Source of the DNA: an uncultured delta proteobacterium
GTDB lineage: Bacteria > Myxococcota_A > Polyangia > Fen-1088
Length of the DNA stretch: 64,000 bases
Direction of reading: 5' to 3'
Assembly (NCBI GenBank): GCA_963737265.1
Contig: CAVTRY010000013.1
Coordinates: 224,001 to 288,000 of the forward strand
The notes beneath the pieces are model-generated. The model had not been told where the DNA came from. It saw nothing but the letters and a program-made list of their open reading frames with translations, and ran no database searches. This document shows positions 30,867 through 39,686 of the stretch, piece after piece; position 1 is the first letter of the stretch, and each line of letters begins with the position of its first letter. Made by a program: the position numbers and the translations under genes.

Positions 30867-32072
30867 TTACGGCTTGAGCGAGATGAGCCGATCTTCGGTG
30901 GGATTGACCTCGACCCAGATGTCCTTGTAGTAGACCTTCGTGTTGGCGGCGTGAGCCTGAAGGCCGATGGGGCCTTCGGGCTTCGGGCGGTTGAGATCCG
31001 CAACGGTAATGTCGAGGATGAGCGACCCGTTCACGGCCATGCGAATGCGACCCGTGGCGCGGGTGAGGAGTATCTCGGCCTGCGTCCAAGCATCCATGAG
31101 CTGCTGGGCGGGCGTGTTGAAGATGCTGCCCGCCGTGGTCGCGATGCCGGCGTTGGTGAGGTAGTCCCAGGTCCACTCGTTCGGCGGCATGACGTCCAAG
31201 CAAGCGACATCACCGTTGCCCCACTTGCCGGGAGGCGGCTGCGGGCCCCAGAAGCCGATGCCCTGGTGATCGCTGTCCGTCTTCGTCGACACAAAAATGC
31301 GCACGGTCGAGAAGCTATCCTTGGTGATGCAGAATTCCCCTTGTCCCGTGCCTACTATGGCCCCGTCCACGACGTGCCATGTGTTCGGGTTGCAGTTCCA
31401 TCCGGTCAGGGTCTTGCCATCGAAAAGCGGCATGAGGGTGGAGACCGTCGACGGATCGAACGGTGGCGTGTAGAGACTGTCCTTGGGTGGAACCTGAATC
31501 CCGGAATCGGGCCGAACGATCACGGTGCCGGTTTCGTCGAGCCTCACGTCGGGCCCTCCGCTGCCACCGAGACCGCCATCGCTCACGGCTCCGCCCAATC
31601 CGGAGGTGCCGGCAGTGCCGGTTGCACCACCGCTACTCGTTCCGCCGCCTCCGGTTGCCCCGGCGTTGCCGCCCGAGCCGCCACCACTTGAGCCAGCCTT
31701 GCCGCCCGAGCCATTTCCCGCCGCTCCGGCATTGCCGCCGGTTCCGCCACCACTCGAGCCAGCCTTGCCGCCCGAGCCATTTCCCGCCGCTCCGGCATTG
31801 CCGCCCGTTCCGCTGCCACCGGTTGCCCCGGCATTGCCGCCCGAGCCGCCACCACTCGAGCCAGCCTTGCCGCCCGAGCCATTTCCCGCCGCTCCGGCGC
31901 TACCGCCCGTTCCGCCTTTTACCGTCACGCCGCCGGATCCTGTGGTGCTGGTCGCCGGTGTGCTGCTACCGCATGCCTGCATGCAGACCCAGGTGAGGGC
32001 CGCGGCGATGCCGAGAGCGGATCCATTTGCGAAGCGTGCGGTCGTTCGAGATACGGGTCCTAACAGTGCCAT
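30867..32072 (-). CDS. DUF1080 (3-keto-disaccharide hydrolase-like) lipoprotein with repetitive Gly-rich linker
   Basis: LFDGKTLTGW, WHVVDGAIVG, GPIGLQAH, VYYKDIWV; three near-identical GNAGAAGNGSGGKAGSSGGG units. Confidence 0.8.
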   Translation of the reverse strand: MALLGPVSRTTARFANGSALGIAAALTWVCMQACGSSTPATSTTGSGGVTVKGGTGGSAGAAGNGSGGKAGSSGGGSGGNAGATGGSGTGGNAGAAGNGSGGKAGSSGGGTGGNAGAAGNGSGGKAGSSGGGSGGNAGATGGGGTSSGGATGTAGTSGLGGAVSDGGLGGSGGPDVRLDETGTVIVRPDSGIQVPPKDSLYTPPFDPSTVSTLMPLFDGKTLTGWNCNPNTWHVVDGAIVGTGQGEFCITKDSFSTVRIFVSTKTDSDHQGIGFWGPQPPPGKWGNGDVACLDVMPPNEWTWDYLTNAGIATTAGSIFNTPAQQLMDAWTQAEILLTRATGRIRMAVNGSLILDITVADLNRPKPEGPIGLQAHAANTKVYYKDIWVEVNPTEDRLISLKP

Positions 32073-32176
32073 GCGGTTTCTCCTGCGCGATGAGGTGAAC
32101 CAGAGGATCGACCCTAATCCGGCGCAATAGGATTACTGAGCCTGAAGTATCGCCCTTCTTTGGGACGCGTAACTGA

Positions 32177-33622
32177 CTAGAATGGCGCCTTCACAGCGCG
32201 ATTCGTGTACAGCCAGTCTTTGACGAAGCCACCCATGTTGTCCTGCCCGGTCATGAGAACCCAGCTACCGTTGGCGCCGTCCGTGAACATCTTGGGCAAC
32301 CAACTGTCGCTGGCGCACCAACCGGTCCAACTGCCACCCATGGCCTCTAGCCATGTCAGCATGGGTTGCCCGTAGGACCCGATGAGGTTGGTGTTTTCTC
32401 CCGGCTGGTTTGGATCGTGATCGAAGCCCCACTCGGTCATGACGACCGGGTTGACTGCCGCGCATTTCTCCACCTGGGACCGGTTCCCCGCGCTTCCGTA
32501 GTGCTGCGCATACATGTGCACGGTATAGACGATGTTGCCGCCAGTCAGCGGATTGGTGGCCGCGTCCCCCATGGTCTGGTCCCAGGCCGGGCTACCGGCG
32601 AAAATGAGATTCTTGGGTGCGGCAGCGCGAATCAGATCGACCCAGGCTTGCATGGTGGGCTTATACGTGCCCCAGCTGTCCATCACCGATGATTCATTGA
32701 ACACTTCATAGATGACGTTGGGGTAGTCCTTGAACATCGGGGCAACGATCGTCCAGAAGGACTTCACATTGGCGTCATTCGAGTAGGGGTTGTCCACGTA
32801 GTGGAGGTCCACGATGGCGTAGAGGCCCTTGGTCGTGGCGTAATCCACGGTCGGCTTCAAGAGGGTGTTGATTTGCGGGTTCGGGTTGGGCGTGTCGACT
32901 GGAATACGTAGCAACTTCGTGTACCAACCCGGCGAGGTTCCCTGGGTATCGTTCGTGTTGGTGAGGTAATCGATGGCGCCGTGGAGTCCGAGCTTGTTGC
33001 CGTTTTGCGTGCCGAGGCCCGCGAGCGACACGCCCCGCAAAATCACCTGCTGACCCGTGGCTTCCACTTGGATCTGGTTGCCTACCACCTTCAGCCAGGG
33101 CAAAGAACCGGTGGCGGCGCCGCTGCCTGTCGCTCCACCGGAGCCTGTGTTCCCGCCAGTACCTGTCGCGCCACCGCTGCTCGCCGCTCCACCGCTGCCA
33201 ACGGCGCCGCCGGCACCCGTCGCTCCACCGGTGCTCGTCGCGCCACCACTGCCGGTGGCAGCGCCACCGCTGCTCGCCGCTCCACCGCTGCCAACGGCGC
33301 CGCCGGAGGTTGTCGCTCCGCCGGTGCTCGTCGCGCCACCCCTGCCGGTGACAGCGCCACCGCTGTTCGTCGCACCACCGCTGCCGGTGGCGCCGCCGGA
33401 GGTTGTCGCTCCGCCGGTGCTCGTCGCGCCACCCCTGCCGGCGCCGGCACCTCCGCTGTTCGTCGCGCCGCCGCTGCCTGCGCTAGCTCCGCCGGTGCCC
33501 ATCGCGCCGCCGCTGCCTACGGTCGAATCTTTGGACACGCTTTGTGAGGCAGAGCACCCAGCACCAAGGATGGCGAGCAAAGCAGTCAGGAGCGCAGAAG
33601 GGAAAAATGAGCGTGGATACAT
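32177..33622 (-). CDS. GH5 glycoside hydrolase lipoprotein with Gly/Ala/Thr/Ser linker
   Basis: Lipobox GAGC; WLKVVGNQI..QVILRGVS, VDLH, IYEVFNES, YTVHMY, MTEWG, WTGW. Confidence 0.87.
   Translation of the reverse strand: MYPRSFFPSALLTALLAILGAGCSASQSVSKDSTVGSGGAMGTGGASAGSGGATNSGGAGAGRGGATSTGGATTSGGATGSGGATNSGGAVTGRGGATSTGGATTSGGAVGSGGAASSGGAATGSGGATSTGGATGAGGAVGSGGAASSGGATGTGGNTGSGGATGSGAATGSLPWLKVVGNQIQVEATGQQVILRGVSLAGLGTQNGNKLGLHGAIDYLTNTNDTQGTSPGWYTKLLRIPVDTPNPNPQINTLLKPTVDYATTKGLYAIVDLHYVDNPYSNDANVKSFWTIVAPMFKDYPNVIYEVFNESSVMDSWGTYKPTMQAWVDLIRAAAPKNLIFAGSPAWDQTMGDAATNPLTGGNIVYTVHMYAQHYGSAGNRSQVEKCAAVNPVVMTEWGFDHDPNQPGENTNLIGSYGQPMLTWLEAMGGSWTGWCASDSWLPKMFTDGANGSWVLMTGQDNMGGFVKDWLYTNRAVKAPF
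33110..33520 (-). repeat. Coding tandem repeat (about 18-bp GGA-x-x-x units) forming the GH5 linker
   Basis: Recurrent ccgccggtgctcgtcgcgccacc / ccaccgctg units. Confidence 0.8.
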
Positions 33623-34031
33623 CGTCGGAGCCTCCAATTTTTCGTATGTGCCAAGCAAACGCCCCGCGATCGAGGCATCACGCACTTGCCCGCGCATCTC
33701 AAGGCCTTTGAGACAACGAGGCGTACGATGTAATGTCTATCCAGAAGCTAGAGCTTCAATCGTGCTTCGGCAAGAGCAAGATCCATAGGACGCTAGAGAA
33801 CCACATGAAGTGGGGGTTGGGGAAGTGCAGGAGATGCAAGGATTTGAGCTGGGTTACGGCCGGGTGGCATCTTCAGGAAACCCCGTCAGGCCCCAGAAAC
33901 CCGGTCAAGTGCGCTGCGCAGACGTGATCGGGGCCGACCTGATGCGGTCCGGCAGGGTTCTCCGACGCTCAAAAAAAGGACATCAAAATGACCATCGACA
34001 ACGACCTGAACACCAGAAAGGGATTTCGCCC

Positions 34032-35354
34032 ATGAAGACCACTCTTTTGCTGGCCTGCGGTTCGCTCTGGTCCTTCATCCTGGTTCTACCATCCGCGCAA
34101 GCCATTGCGGCGGACGGCTGGGGCGCGAGCTGGAGCTTCGGGCCGGTTCATCCGACCACCACCAACCACATCATCTATACCAAGACGACAATGGTACCGG
34201 GTCGCTTGCCGGTCTCGTACTGGTCCTCGTCGAGCGTAGGCCCGCTATTCCTATGGCCGGGCATGTCCAACCCCACGAGCGACCTCGTCCAGACCACCAT
34301 GGATGCTTGGTCGGGTTCAACGAACAGCAGCTATTGCAGAGGCAATGGCAGCCAGTGGTGTGTGGAAGCGTCGGTCTTCGGCAGCTTCGGACAGCGCAAC
34401 GGTCCAACCGTTGCCATCGACCCTGATGACCACGTCACTATCGAGTACAGGCTGGGGTCGGACAACAACACGTGGACCCAGACAGTGACATCCCAGAAGC
34501 TGGGCAAGGTGGTGTCGACGCTAACGAGCACCAGCGGCCTCATGCTGGGTGGTGGCTTCGGCTTCGCCACGGAGGCCGACGCTGATTCGTTCACCGTCGA
34601 CACCGCGTACTACCTGTGCACCGAGATACACCTGGCAGCGGCCGACCCGGCCTTCGGTGCAACTGGCGCGGGTGGCGTCGGCGCAAATCACGGCGCAACT
34701 GGCACGGGTTCCGGCATCGGCACCGCCAAGAACCTCCGCACTCCAGACAACGGCCTCACGTGGCTGGTGGATCTCATCACGCTGCCCGCGATGAACCCGC
34801 AAGGCACGCAGACCCCCTCGCCGACCTATAACTGCTCCGGAAGCGGCGGCAGTGGCGGCAGCGGTGGCAGCACTGGCAGCGGCGGCAACATCGGCAGCGG
34901 CGGCAGCGGCGGCAGCGCCCGGGTTGACGGTGGTGCCGGCCCTGGCGGCAGTACGCGCAGCGACGGCAGCGTCAGCTCCGGCGGCAGCATCGGTAGGGGT
35001 GGGACGGTGGTGGCGGGAATGACTGGGACCAACGGGGGCGTGGTCGGGTCGGGAGGAAGTGTGGCCGCTGGAAGTGGCGGCGTAACGGGCGAGGGGGGCC
35101 TCAAGGGGACAGCCGGTGCCAACGAAGGATCTGGCGGCAGCGTGGTGGCCGTAAGCGGAGGTATCTCCTCGGGGGGCACCGGCACAGGTGGCACAACCGG
35201 ACCGAGTTCGACCGGCGGATCGGCAGGTACCACGGTCGGCTCCTCGGGCTGTGGCTGCGTCGTTGGCTCGCGATCCCCACGCGGCGGGATGTCGACCCTC
35301 TTGCTGTTGGGAGCGCTCACTCTGCTTGCAAGACGGCGCCGAAACCGCACCTGA
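34032..35354 (+). CDS. Secreted beta-rich domain protein with Gly/Ser linker and MYXO-CTERM anchor
   Basis: Signal peptide; LFLWPGMSN, QWCVEAS, TWTQTVT; C-terminal SSGCGCVVG...LLLLGALTLLARRRR. Confidence 0.8.
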   Translation: MKTTLLLACGSLWSFILVLPSAQAIAADGWGASWSFGPVHPTTTNHIIYTKTTMVPGRLPVSYWSSSSVGPLFLWPGMSNPTSDLVQTTMDAWSGSTNSSYCRGNGSQWCVEASVFGSFGQRNGPTVAIDPDDHVTIEYRLGSDNNTWTQTVTSQKLGKVVSTLTSTSGLMLGGGFGFATEADADSFTVDTAYYLCTEIHLAAADPAFGATGAGGVGANHGATGTGSGIGTAKNLRTPDNGLTWLVDLITLPAMNPQGTQTPSPTYNCSGSGGSGGSGGSTGSGGNIGSGGSGGSARVDGGAGPGGSTRSDGSVSSGGSIGRGGTVVAGMTGTNGGVVGSGGSVAAGSGGVTGEGGLKGTAGANEGSGGSVVAVSGGISSGGTGTGGTTGPSSTGGSAGTTVGSSGCGCVVGSRSPRGGMSTLLLLGALTLLARRRRNRT

Positions 35355-35552
35355 GGTCCACCCCAACCCTGAAGAGGTGTCCCAAAATCGTTGGCGACGG
35401 GACCGCCAGGTGGTGATGTGGCAGCCGCTTGCCGTCCGCCCACCAGCCCATTGTCATTCACCAGGCGCGCTCGACGCCGTCGACTTGCAGCTCTCCGGCC
35501 CCAGAACCTTGCCTGGGACGAATCCTTTCGGCCGAGACCGGCTCCCAGCAGT

Positions 35553-36902
35553 GTGCGAATCCTACATGTCATTGAAAATCGGACACGCCTCGGCCTCCAC
35601 GGTTGGGCACTCACCGCGGCGGTTCTCTCACTGCCATCTCTAGCCACCGCAGCGCCCTTCACTATTGAAGATGCCATCCGCGCGACCTGGAAACAGAATC
35701 CAGCCATCACCAGCAGTGGCGAGATGGTTGCCGCGGCCAGGGCTGATGCCGAGGGTGCACGAGACGGACGTTTGCCAAGCATCCTTCTTTCGGCGAAAGC
35801 TGTCGCGACCAACGAGCCGATGTCGGCGTTTGGCCTCAAGCTGGACGAACAGAGGATCACGGCCGCCGATTTCGATCCCAACCGGTTGAATGCTCCTGCC
35901 AGCGTGGGTGGCGTTGGGCTGGGTGCCACCGTGATGCAGCCGCTTTACATGGGCGGCCGTCTGACTGCCGCCCGTCACGCTGCCTCGGCGCAAGCCGAAG
36001 CCGAAACCTGCTCGCACGAGCGACGCATGCAGGAGATGGCGCTGCAGGTGGTTCAAGCCTACTTTGGCGCCCAGGTTGCGGCCGAGGGGCTCAAGTTCGC
36101 GGAGGATGTGCTGGCGCAGGCACGCGAGACTGAAAGCTTCACCCGTTCTCGAAATCAACAAGGGCTTGCGCTCGATGCTGATGTCGCCCGCGCAACCGCA
36201 TTCCGCGCGCAAGCCGAGGCGGAGAGCAGCGTCGCCAAGCAACGCCTGGATTCTGCGCGCGCAATGCTCGTGTTGTTGGCGGGCGAGCAAGCCGCGACAG
36301 GTGACCTAGGTTCACCGCTTGTCGTAGCAGAAGTTTCCGTGAATCCTGAAAACACCAGCCATCAACGAGCCGACCTCAAGGCCGCCGAGCTTCGTGCCGA
36401 GGCCGCGCGCGCCATGGTTGTAGCCATGCGTGGAAGCATGCTTCCCGAGGTGATGGCCCAGGCCACGCTGGAGACCATGCGCTCAGATTTCACTCAAGGA
36501 GCAACCTGGTACAGCCTGGGCCTGGTCGCCCGCTGGAGGTTGTCCGTCACAGACCTGCGAACGACCAACGCGGCCTCGCTGCGCGCAAGCGCCGCGGAAG
36601 ATTCTCGACGATGGCAAGATCGGAAGGCAACCTTTGAAGTCGACGAAGCCCAACGCGCCTTGCAGTCGGCGCGATCGCGGGGACAGTCCGCGCTCGAAGC
36701 TGAGGCCGCCTCTGAGTCCGCGCGCACCCTGCGCATGGCACGCCATCGTCAGGGGCTACTGCCACTGACCGAAGTTCTCGACGCCGAAGCCGGCCTTGCC
36801 GGTGCACGGACGCTTTTACTCAGCAGCGAGTACGACGCCCGAGTCGCCGCAGCCCAGCTTCAATTCGCATTCGGCAAACCCATCGAAGGAGTACGACCAT
36901 GA
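35553..36902 (+). CDS. TolC family outer-membrane efflux protein
   Basis: QPLYMGG, VVQAYF, RADLKAA, GLLPLTEVLDAE; first gene of the OMF-MFP-RND operon. Start uncertain. Confidence 0.85.
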   Translation: MRILHVIENRTRLGLHGWALTAAVLSLPSLATAAPFTIEDAIRATWKQNPAITSSGEMVAAARADAEGARDGRLPSILLSAKAVATNEPMSAFGLKLDEQRITAADFDPNRLNAPASVGGVGLGATVMQPLYMGGRLTAARHAASAQAEAETCSHERRMQEMALQVVQAYFGAQVAAEGLKFAEDVLAQARETESFTRSRNQQGLALDADVARATAFRAQAEAESSVAKQRLDSARAMLVLLAGEQAATGDLGSPLVVAEVSVNPENTSHQRADLKAAELRAEAARAMVVAMRGSMLPEVMAQATLETMRSDFTQGATWYSLGLVARWRLSVTDLRTTNAASLRASAAEDSRRWQDRKATFEVDEAQRALQSARSRGQSALEAEAASESARTLRMARHRQGLLPLTEVLDAEAGLAGARTLLLSSEYDARVAAAQLQFAFGKPIEGVRP

Positions 36903-37903
36903 TCCGTTCATCACGCATCGGCGCGACCATCGCGCTTGCCATCACCCTTGGCCAAGGAAATCCGGCTCGGGCCGAGCCGCATCCGGTGACCGTGCACCTC
37001 GCGACCGCCGCGACCGATAGCACCGTGCCACTTTATGCCGCCACCCTAGCGCCCGTGCACCGAGCAACGGTTTCCACGCGTCTGGCGGCAACGGTCCAAA
37101 GGGTGCTCGTGGCTGAGGGCACGCACGTGAAGCACGGGCAGCTCCTGGTGACGCTGTCGAATGACGAGGTTCAGGCCCAAGTAGCGGCGTCTTCCACAGC
37201 CCTTGCAAACGCTACGGCCTACGAGCGGCGCATATCAGAGTTGACGAGCCAGCGCGCCGCCACGCCGGTCGAGCTGGAATCGGCCCAGGCCCAACGCGCG
37301 CAGGCCGCCGCCGCGCTCGCTGGCACGCGAGCCAGTCTCGCTTACACACAGCTAAGGGCGCCATTCGACGGAGTCGTGCAGGCCCGCCGGGTCAGCGCTG
37401 GTGATTTTGTCGGTCCAGGACAGCCGCTCATCGAGATCGAGGGGGCTGCACTCGAAGTACAGGCGACACTGTCCGAAGAAGAGGCTGGATCTCTCCATAT
37501 CGGGCAGAAGATCAAATTCGAGGCCGACGGCCGGCACGGCGAGGCAGAGATCACCGCTCTCACTCCCGGCGGTGATGCGCTTTCGCATCGCCGAGCGCTG
37601 CGCGCCAGGGTCACCGACCGGGTATCCGAATTCCGCTCGGGCGCGTTCGTCCGCATGCAGATCCCGGGCGGCGTCCAGCCAACGCAGCGAAGGGTTCCCA
37701 AGAGTGCTCTCGTCCAGCGCGGCGACTTGACCGGCGTGTTCGTGGCCGAGAATGGCCACGCCCGTTTGCGCTGGTTGTCTCTGGGCGAGACGTCGAGCAA
37801 CGATGTCGTCGTGCGCGCCGGCCTATCTCCGAGCGAGTCGATCATTGATGCGCCCGGCAGCCTGCGTGATGAGCAAGCGGTGGAGATCGTCAATGCCCGC
37901 TGA
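36899..37903 (+). CDS. RND efflux periplasmic adaptor (MFP)
   Basis: VAEGTHVKHGQLL, LRAPFDGVV, GDFVGPGQPL, VPKSALVQRG. Confidence 0.9.
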   Translation: MIRSSRIGATIALAITLGQGNPARAEPHPVTVHLATAATDSTVPLYAATLAPVHRATVSTRLAATVQRVLVAEGTHVKHGQLLVTLSNDEVQAQVAASSTALANATAYERRISELTSQRAATPVELESAQAQRAQAAAALAGTRASLAYTQLRAPFDGVVQARRVSAGDFVGPGQPLIEIEGAALEVQATLSEEEAGSLHIGQKIKFEADGRHGEAEITALTPGGDALSHRRALRARVTDRVSEFRSGAFVRMQIPGGVQPTQRRVPKSALVQRGDLTGVFVAENGHARLRWLSLGETSSNDVVVRAGLSPSESIIDAPGSLRDEQAVEIVNAR

Positions 37904-38398
37904 ACGAGAGATAGGCTTTGCCCAGGGCCATCGCATCATCCTACATCGACGCAGGATCCATCAGAGTCTCGGCCATTTCTGGAAGGTTTTCCCCTGGGGT
38001 CGGTGCGCGCGCCGGTGTGCAGGCAGGTTCGGCAGCGCGCACGGGCGCGGAGACCGGCATAACTATCGGCATCTCCGCAAGATCACTTACAATTTAGATG
38101 CGTTGGCCCTGCCGACGATGTCGAGAGGGCTTCGTCCCAGCTCGTGCCCCTCTCTGTCCCAAAGCATGAGAGCGAGGGCATCCGTTTCCAGGTTCTTCAC
38201 AATGGCCAGGATCTTGCCCCCGGGCAAGGGATAGACCGGCGGTATGAACTCGCCTTGCACCTGCCAGCTTGCCTGCCATCCCGTGAGCTGCAGTCGTTGG
38301 CTCAGACCACGCACCGTCACACGGTTTTCTTCAGCACGAACATTGTACGTCATGATGAGTCCAGCAAATACGAGTCCAGCGAATACGAGGATCGCACA

Positions 38399-39686
38399 CA
38401 GGGTCATCGCATCTAAATCCCGAACGATCTTCGTGGTATAGCCGGCGCACCAGAGAGGAACGTTTTTTGATTGAAGGGCGATATCGTGGCTTGTTCGTAA
38501 GTCATGAAGCGAACAACCGTGGCGGAACGAGAAAAGGAAGAGCTGGCGGCATCGATCCTGGAGTACTTCGCGTCGGTGCCGGATCCGCGGGTGGAGCGGA
38601 CGCGGCACCACGCGCTGACGGACATCCTGATGCTATCGTTGTGTGCCGTGGTCTGTGGTGCTGACTCCTTCTGTGCTATCGAGACCTATGGGCGGGCAAG
38701 AGAAGCCTGGTTACGAACGTTTATCGGTCTGCGCGGCGGGATTCCCACACACGACACCATCGGGAGGGTGTTTGCAGCCCTGAATCCAGATGCCCTGGCT
38801 GAGAGGTTCCGGCAGTGGATCTTGAGCGTGGCGCGACTCACGAAAGGCGAGGTCGTGGCCATCGACGGCAAGACGCTGCGACGATCCTTCCAAGAGGCCG
38901 GCAGCCACGCTTTCGTCCACATGGTTAGTGCCTGGGCCACCAACAACCACGTGGTTCTTGGGCAGGTCAAGACAGAGGAGAAATCCAACGAGATCACTGC
39001 CATTCCGCGGTTGCTCAAGCTCCTGAAGATCAAGGGCTGTCTAGTAACTATCGATGCGATGGGCTGCCAGAAGCAGATCACCGCAGATATCCAGGACGCC
39101 GACGCGGATTACCTGCTCGCGGTGAAGGAGAACCAACCCACGCTCAGCGCTGAAGTGACGACAATCTTCGCGCATTGTCGTCGCGACCCGACGGGATTGG
39201 ACGTGGATTTTCACGAGACACGCGATGTTGGGCACGGACGAACCGAGGTTCGCCGGTGCTGGACCACAAACATGGTCGAGAGCATCTCCCAGTACCAGGA
39301 ATGGACGGGTCTGAGCAGCTTGGTATTGATCGAGTCCGAGCGCACGGTCTCGGGGCACACTTCAACCGAGTGCCGCTACTACATCAGTTCGCGAAAGAAC
39401 CTCCCAGCAGATGCCGCTCTCGACGCCGCTCGGAAGCACTGGGGAATCGAAAATGAATTGCACTGGGTTCTCGACGTCACTTTCCGTGAGGACGAATGCC
39501 GTGTTCGCGCCGGCAACGCCGCCCAGAACTTTGCAGTGATGCGCCACATCTCACTCAACCTCCTCAAATCAGTCAAAGACTGCAAGCTCAGCATCAGGCT
39601 TCGCCGAATGCGCGCGGCATGGGATCAGGACTTCATTCTGCAAGTCCTCATGGCCCAACCCGATGTGGGATGATGCGATGACCCTG
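38399..39686 (+). mobile_element. ISAs1-family insertion sequence (core unit)
   Basis: Internal IRL CAGGGTCATCGCATC at 38399 matches IRR at 39672-39686. Confidence 0.88.
38504..39673 (+). CDS. ISAs1 (H-repeat) transposase
   Basis: VPDPR, IPTHDTIGRV, AIDGKTLR, KSNEITAIP, TIDAMGCQ, VKENQPTL, HWGIENELHWVLDV. Confidence 0.95.
   Translation: MKRTTVAEREKEELAASILEYFASVPDPRVERTRHHALTDILMLSLCAVVCGADSFCAIETYGRAREAWLRTFIGLRGGIPTHDTIGRVFAALNPDALAERFRQWILSVARLTKGEVVAIDGKTLRRSFQEAGSHAFVHMVSAWATNNHVVLGQVKTEEKSNEITAIPRLLKLLKIKGCLVTIDAMGCQKQITADIQDADADYLLAVKENQPTLSAEVTTIFAHCRRDPTGLDVDFHETRDVGHGRTEVRRCWTTNMVESISQYQEWTGLSSLVLIESERTVSGHTSTECRYYISSRKNLPADAALDAARKHWGIENELHWVLDVTFREDECRVRAGNAAQNFAVMRHISLNLLKSVKDCKLSIRLRRMRAAWDQDFILQVLMAQPDVG

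Larger units (their letters stand above)
37923..39686. mobile_element. ISAs1-derived composite element with captured DNA and 10-bp target duplication AGGCTTTGCC
   Basis: Outer ends CAGGGCCATCGCATCATCC / GGATGATGCGATGACCCTG; TSD at 37913-37922 and 39687-39696. Confidence 0.9.
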
